From Escherichia coli (GTDB taxonomy: Bacteria; Pseudomonadota; Gammaproteobacteria; Enterobacterales; Enterobacteriaceae): a stretch of 64,000 bases of DNA. The notes under the pieces are model-generated. The model ran no database searches, had not been told where the DNA came from, and worked only from the letters and a program-made list of their open reading frames with translations. The stretch is taken from NCBI RefSeq assembly GCF_003334785.1, contig NZ_QOWV01000012.1. One strand, given 5' to 3'. Positions 58,031 through 64,000 of the stretch are shown piece after piece; position 1 is the stretch's first letter; every line of letters starts with the position of its first letter. The position numbers and the translations under genes were made by a program.

Positions 58031-58636
58031 ATGACTATGACAAGACTGAAGATTTCGAAAACTCTGCTGGCTGTAATGTTGACCTCTGCCGTCGCGACAG
58101 GCTCTGCCTACGCGGAAAACAACGCGCAGACTACCAATGAAAGCGCAGGGCAAAAAGTCGATAGCTCTATGAATAAAGTCGGTAATTTCATGGATGACAG
58201 CGCCATCACCGCGAAAGTGAAGGCGGCCCTGGTGGATCATGACAACATCAAGAGCACCGATATCTCTGTCAAAACCGATCAAAAAGTCGTGACCCTGAGC
58301 GGTTTCGTTGAAAGCCAGGCTCAGGCCGAAGAGGCAGTGAAAGTGGCGAAAGGCGTTGAAGGGGTGACCTCTGTCAGCGACAAACTGCACGTTCGCGACG
58401 CTAAAGAAGGCTCGGTGAAGGGCTACGCGGGTGACACCGCCACCACCAGTGAAATCAAAGCCAAACTGCTGGCGGACGATATCGTCCCTTCCCGTCATGT
58501 GAAAGTTGAAACCACCGATGGCGTGGTTCAGCTCTCCGGTACCGTAGATTCTCAGGCACAAAGTGACCGTGCTGAAAGTATCGCCAAAGCGGTAGATGGT
58601 GTGAAAAGCGTTAAAAATGATCTGAAAACTAAGTAA
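58031..58636 (+). CDS. osmY: Osmotically inducible periplasmic protein OsmY (two BON domains)
   Basis: ORF 57953-58636; ATG at 58031 gives 201 aa starting [28 protein letters not shown] (signal peptide). Confidence 0.9.
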
Positions 58637-58762
58637 TTCGTCGTAATTCGTCCTCCCGAACTTTGTCGGGAGGCGCGATGTGCACCACACTAAAAATATC
58701 GCATTGAGTGATTTTCACGCTCATATCAAGCGGTGACATTAACTATGGTAAAGGAGACGCTT

Positions 58763-58924
58763 ATGTTTCGTTGGGGCATCATATTTCTGGTTATCGCGTT
58801 AATCGCCGCCGCACTTGGGTTTGGTGGTCTGGCCGGTACCGCTGCAGGCGCAGCTAAAATTGTCTTTGTCGTCGGGATTATTCTGTTCCTGGTGAGTTTG
58901 TTCATGGGCCGAAAACGACCCTAG
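58763..58924 (+). CDS. ytjA: DUF1328 small membrane protein YtjA (53 aa)
   Basis: ATG at 58763 preceded by AAGGAG; [53 protein letters not shown]. Confidence 0.7.
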
Positions 58925-59045
58925 ATTTCAGACCATTAAGAAAATTTTATCCAAAGCCAGTCCAGCGGACTGGCTTTTGCGGTTTTAGCGAATAATAAAT
59001 TGCGTTACTTTGTCATTCTTTCACAACAAAAACAGGAAGGCAGAG

Positions 59046-60119
59046 GTGGGGCAGCGAATACCTGTAACGCTTGGTAATATTGCGCCGTTGTCGCTAAGGC
59101 CGTTCCAGCCTGGACGAATAGCTCTGGTGTGCGAAGGCGGCGGACAGCGTGGAATTTTCACGGCTGGCGTGCTGGATGAGTTTATGCGCGCGCAGTTTAA
59201 TCCTTTCGATCTTTATCTCGGCACATCTGCCGGGGCGCAGAACCTCTCGGCGTTTATCTGTAATCAGCCCGGTTACGCGCGCAAAGTCATCATGCGCTAT
59301 ACCACAAAACGCGAATTTTTCGATCCATTGCGCTTTGTCCGTGGAGGAAATCTTATCGATCTCGACTGGCTGGTGGAGGCCACCGCAAGCCAGATGCCGT
59401 TGCAAATGGATACCGCCGCGCGGTTGTTTGACAGCGGCAAATCGTTTTATATGTGCGCCTGTCGTCAGGATGACTACGCGCCTAATTACTTTTTACCAAC
59501 CAAACAAAACTGGCTGGATGTGATTCGCGCCTCCAGTGCGATACCTGGCTTTTATCGTAGCGGAGTGTCGCTGGAAGGCATTAACTACCTGGATGGCGGG
59601 ATCAGTGATGCGATTCCGGTTAAAGAGGCGGCAAGGCAGGGCGCTAAAACGTTGGTCGTCATCCGCACTGTGCCGTCACAAATGTACTACACGCCGCAGT
59701 GGTTCAAACGCATGGAACGCTGGCTGGGTGACAGTAGCCTGCAGCCGCTGGTCAATCTGGTGCAGCATCATGAAACCAGCTATCGTGACATTCAGCAATT
59801 TATTGAGAAACCACCGGGCAAGCTGCGGATATTCGAAATTTATCCACCGAAACCATTACATAGTATCGCGCTTGGCAGTCGGATTCCGGCGCTGCGTGAA
59901 GACTATAAACTTGGGCGTTTATGCGGTCGTTATTTCCTCGCCACGGTTGGCAAGCTATTAACTGAAAAAGCGCCGCTTACCCGCCATCTGGTGCCAGTGG
60001 TGACGCCGGAATCGATCGTTATTCCGCCTGCGCCAGTCGCCAACGATACGCTGGTTGCCGAAGTGAGCGATGCTCCGCAGGCGAACGACCCGACATTTAA
60101 CAATGAGGATCTGGCTTGA
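59046..60119 (+). CDS. yjjU: Patatin-like phospholipase family protein YjjU
   Basis: ORF 59010-60119; probable GTG start at 59046 (AGGAAGG Shine-Dalgarno upstream) gives 357 aa; GGGQRG oxyanion motif and GTSAG serine lipase motif. Confidence 0.75.
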   Translation: MGQRIPVTLGNIAPLSLRPFQPGRIALVCEGGGQRGIFTAGVLDEFMRAQFNPFDLYLGTSAGAQNLSAFICNQPGYARKVIMRYTTKREFFDPLRFVRGGNLIDLDWLVEATASQMPLQMDTAARLFDSGKSFYMCACRQDDYAPNYFLPTKQNWLDVIRASSAIPGFYRSGVSLEGINYLDGGISDAIPVKEAARQGAKTLVVIRTVPSQMYYTPQWFKRMERWLGDSSLQPLVNLVQHHETSYRDIQQFIEKPPGKLRIFEIYPPKPLHSIALGSRIPALREDYKLGRLCGRYFLATVGKLLTEKAPLTRHLVPVVTPESIVIPPAPVANDTLVAEVSDAPQANDPTFNNEDLA

Positions 60120-60898
60120 TTTGCCGTTTTATCGATACCCACTGCCATTTTGATTTCCCGCCGTTTAGTGGCGATGAAGAGGCCAGCCTGCAACGCGCGG
60201 CACAAGCGGGCGTAGGCAAGATCATTGTTCCGGCGACAGAGGCGGAAAATTTTGCCCGCGTGCAGGCGTTAGCGGAAAAATATCAACCGCTGTATGCCGC
60301 ATTGGGGTTGCATCCGGGGATGTTGGAAAAACATAGCGATGTGTCTCTTGATCAGCTACAGCAGGCGCTGGAAAGGCGTCCGGCGAAGGTGGTGGCGGTG
60401 GGGGAGATCGGTCTGGATCTCTTCGGCGACGATCCGCAATTTGAGAGGCAGCAGTGGTTACTCGACGAACAACTGAAACTGGCGAAACTCTACGATCTGC
60501 CGGTGATCCTGCATTCACGGCGCACACACGACAAACTGGCGATGCATCTTAAACGCCACGATTTGCCGCGTGCTGGTGTTGTCCACGGATTTTCTGGCAG
60601 CCAGCAACAGGCTGAACGGTTTGTACAGCTGGGCTACAAAATCGGCGTAGGCGGTACTATCACCTATCCACGCGCCAGTAAAACCCGCGATGTCATCGCA
60701 AAATTACCGCTGGCATCGTTGTTGCTGGAAACCGACGCGCCGGATATGCCGCTCAACGGCTTTCAGGGGCAGCCTAACCGACCGGAACAGGCTGTGCGGG
60801 TGTTTGACGTGCTTTGCGAGTTGCGCCCGGAACCAGAAGATGAGATTGCCGAAGTGTTGCTTAATAATACGTATGCGTTGTTTAGCGTTAGTGGGTAG
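60116..60898 (+). CDS. yjjV: TatD-family metal-dependent deoxyribonuclease YjjV
   Basis: 260 aa, MICRFIDTHCHFDFPPF (TatD HxH motif); ATGA overlap with yjjU. Confidence 0.85.
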   Translation: MICRFIDTHCHFDFPPFSGDEEASLQRAAQAGVGKIIVPATEAENFARVQALAEKYQPLYAALGLHPGMLEKHSDVSLDQLQQALERRPAKVVAVGEIGLDLFGDDPQFERQQWLLDEQLKLAKLYDLPVILHSRRTHDKLAMHLKRHDLPRAGVVHGFSGSQQQAERFVQLGYKIGVGGTITYPRASKTRDVIAKLPLASLLLETDAPDMPLNGFQGQPNRPEQAVRVFDVLCELRPEPEDEIAEVLLNNTYALFSVSG

Positions 60899-60902
60899 TT
60901 TA

Positions 60903-61414
<512 letters not shown>

Positions 61415-61415
<1 letters not shown>

Positions 61416-62278
61416 CACAAATACAGCGCCGGAAATATCAACCGGCCCACCCCGCGCACCTTTAATGCATCAGCCAACGGCTCAACGTCTTCCGGCGTGG
61501 CGCTCGCCCAGCTTTGCGCCTCGCCATACACGCCGTGGGCATGAAACGCGTTCAGGCGTACCGGAACATCGCCAAGTCCCTTGATAAACGCCGCCAGTTC
61601 TTCGATGTGTTGCAAATAATCCACCTGGCCAGGGATTACCAGCAAACGCAGTTCCGCCAGCTTGCCGCGCTCTGCCAGCAAACAGATGCTGCGCTTAATC
61701 TGCTGATTATCGCGTCCGGTTAATTGTTGATGACATTCGCTACCCCATGCTTTGAGATCGAGCATTGCGCCGTCACACACCGGGAGTAATTTTTCCCAGC
61801 CGGTTTCGCTCAACATGCCGTTACTGTCCACCAGACAGGTGAGATGGCGCAGTTGCGGATCGTTTTTGATAGCAGTAAACAGCGCCACTACAAACGGCAG
61901 TTGGGTCGTGGCTTCGCCGCCGCTTACCGTTATCCCTTCAATAAACAGCACCGCTTTGCGGACATGGCTAAGCACTTCGTCCACGCTCATGGATTGCGCC
62001 ATCGGCGTGGCATGTTGCGGACACCTCTTCAGGCAGGTATCACACTGCTCGCAGACCGCAGCGTTCCACACCACTTTGCCGTCAACAATCTGCAACGCCT
62101 GATGCGGACACTGTGGCACGCACTCTCCGCAATGATTACAGCGCCCCATCGTCCACGGATTGTGACAGTTTTTGCAGCGCAGATTGCAGCCCTGCAAAAA
62201 CAGAGCCAGACGACTGCCTGGCCCGTCAACGCAGGAGAAGGGGATAATCTTACTGACTAAAGCGCATCTGCTGTTCAT
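61415..62278 (-). CDS. yjjW: Glycyl-radical enzyme activating protein (radical SAM) YjjW
   Basis: 287 aa with Cys-rich radical-SAM/ferredoxin-like motifs ([30 protein letters not shown]). Confidence 0.85.
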
Positions 62279-63800
62279 GGCTTATCACGCGCGGCTGGCG
62301 TTCCAGAATACGAGTGTTGCGTGCGGCTTCTTCGCCCAGCCAGGTGGTGTTGGTGCGTGAACCTTCGGCGCGATATTTTTCTAAATCCGACAAACGCACC
62401 ATATAACCGGTAACGCGAACCAGATCGTTACCGCTGACATTGGCGGTAAATTCACGCATTCCGGCTTTAAAGGCACCGAGGCAAAGCTGTACCAGCGCCT
62501 GCGGATTACGTTTGATGGTTTCGTCGAGCGTCAGAATGTCGCTGATGCCGGAATAATAATAAGCATGATGCGGGGCGACAGTTTGCAGATGGGTGATCGG
62601 ATCTGGCTCATCGCCATAGGGTAAACGCGCGCCCGGCGTGGTGCCGATATCGGAACTGATCCCCGACTGTGCGTGTAACATGGCGCGTTTTTGCCAGCCA
62701 TATTTCACGGGGGTATTGGCGACAAACTCCGCCAGTTGCGCGCTGATGCGATAACCCACTTCATTTGCGGCGGCTTCTTTACCGTAGCGCGCGGCAATCC
62801 CTTCTTTCTCACACAGCAAGTTAACCGCTTCCGCCAGCCCATACATGCCAAACATTGGCACAAAACGTTCAGGGTTAATCAGCCCTTCTTTCACCAGGAA
62901 GCTATTCTCAAAGAAGTGTGATTGTTGATAGAGGAATTCACACCGCGCATCGATGATGGCGATCTGCTGCTGGCAGTAGTGCGGTAGAGTGCGCGTAAAG
63001 AAGTCATCCAGCGATTCGCTGCGCTCGGCAATGGCTTTCAGGTTAAGGCGTACCAGCGTGCTGCCACCACCCGCCAGCGGCAGTGAGTTGTAACAGCTCA
63101 CAATCCCGTAGCCCCCTTTTGTGAAAATTTTATCATGCACCGGACCGTTGGCGATGTGCGGTTTGCTACATTCACAGATGTTCTTCGCCACTTCCAGCAG
63201 TAGGTCATCAGGGGTGATTTCAGGATCGTAGATAAAGGTCAGGTTCGGTGAAACCTGCTTCAACTCTGCGTCTGCACGTAAGATTGCACGGGTAATGGGC
63301 GAATCAGACGGGCCGATATTGGCGTGCATAAAGGCGTCTGGCAGGGTTCTGTCGAGGTAACGCCAGAAACGTTTTATTCGAATATCGATCTCGTCTTGTG
63401 TTAGAATTCTAACATACGGTTGCAACAACGCATCCAGTTGCCCCAGGTAGACCGGCATCGATGTGACCGACGGTACGTGGTGGTAAAGAATGGTCAGCAG
63501 AGAGAGTGCGTCATCAAGATCTTTCGCGCCTTCCAGCTCCAGCCATTCGGAACCGTTCGCCAGAAAACGGGCGTAATCGGGTAAGACATAGCGCGGTTTG
63601 TACGGCGCATGACCTTCAAACATATCGCAGATTACACCCTCATCCAGCGCACGGCGGGCTTCGGCAGGCAGCTGCGGATAAGGCAGATTGTTTTCTGCTT
63701 CAAGTGCCAGAAAATGGCGCTTCTGCTCCGGGCTAAGCACTGGGCTGGTGACAATTTGCTGGCAACGTTGTTGCAGTGCATTTTCATCAGAAGTGGGCAT
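62250..63800 (-). CDS. yjjI: Glycyl-radical-enzyme-like protein YjjI (DUF3029)
   Basis: 516 aa, [45 protein letters not shown]; 29-nt overlap with the yjjW start. Confidence 0.85.
   Translation of the reverse strand: MPTSDENALQQRCQQIVTSPVLSPEQKRHFLALEAENNLPYPQLPAEARRALDEGVICDMFEGHAPYKPRYVLPDYARFLANGSEWLELEGAKDLDDALSLLTILYHHVPSVTSMPVYLGQLDALLQPYVRILTQDEIDIRIKRFWRYLDRTLPDAFMHANIGPSDSPITRAILRADAELKQVSPNLTFIYDPEITPDDLLLEVAKNICECSKPHIANGPVHDKIFTKGGYGIVSCYNSLPLAGGGSTLVRLNLKAIAERSESLDDFFTRTLPHYCQQQIAIIDARCEFLYQQSHFFENSFLVKEGLINPERFVPMFGMYGLAEAVNLLCEKEGIAARYGKEAAANEVGYRISAQLAEFVANTPVKYGWQKRAMLHAQSGISSDIGTTPGARLPYGDEPDPITHLQTVAPHHAYYYSGISDILTLDETIKRNPQALVQLCLGAFKAGMREFTANVSGNDLVRVTGYMVRLSDLEKYRAEGSRTNTTWLGEEAARNTRILERQPRVISHEQQMRFSQ
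63399..63414. promoter_or_regulatory. Perfect DeoR-operator palindrome TGTTAGAATTCTAACA (probably a distal deo operator) inside yjjI
   Basis: 16-bp perfect palindrome identical to the DeoR operator consensus; the deo operon begins just beyond the window end and is known to use operators extending into yjjI. Confidence 0.5.
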
Positions 63801-64000
63801 CTTCTTTTCCTTTTATGCCGAAGGTGATGCGCCATTGTAAGAAGTTTCGTGATGTTCACTTTGATCCTGATGCGTTTGCCACCACTGACGCATTCATTTG
63901 AAAGTGAATTATTTGAACCAGATCGCATTACAGTGATGCAAACTTGTAAGTAGATTTCCTTAATTGTGATGTATATCGAAGTGTGTTGCGGAGTAGATGT

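Overview
This window reads as a contiguous stretch of Escherichia coli chromosome, in K-12 orientation, running from the 5' end of yjiH to yjjI just upstream of the deo operon. Gene identities come from reading the translated ORFs against remembered E. coli protein sequences; no database search was run, and start codons were adjusted where the ORF track begins at an upstream in-frame codon. The order is yjiH', kptA, yjiJ, yjiK, a small coupled ORF, yjiL, yjiM, yjiN, mdtM, rpnD, yjiR, yjiS, a 921-aa orphan ORF, symE/symR, hsdS-hsdM-hsdR, mrr, yjiA, yjiX, btsT, the 11-gene hpa cluster, tsr, yjjL-yjjM-yjjN, opgB, yjjA, dnaC, dnaT, yjjB, yjjP, yjjQ, bglJ, fhuF, yjjZ, one tRNA-Leu, rsmC, holD, rimI, yjjG, prfC, osmY, ytjA, yjjU, yjjV, yjjW, yjjI. 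The strain is not K-12: the hpa cluster sits between btsT and tsr, hsdS carries different target-recognition domains, and mcrBC is absent. The most interesting locus is the 921-aa ORF at 12278-15043, which sits alone in the immigration-control region where K-12 carries yjiT/yjiV/mcrCB; it has a 0.5-kb very AT-rich leader, a TTG start with a strong Shine-Dalgarno, its own terminator, a CxxCx3CxxC motif, and no recognisable P-loop. Its function cannot be assigned from sequence and it may correspond to an intact yjiV-like gene. I found no IS element, integrase, prophage or CRISPR array. Repeats are REP/BIME clusters, including a 5 x 101-bp tandem array, and two ERIC-like elements in inverted orientation.
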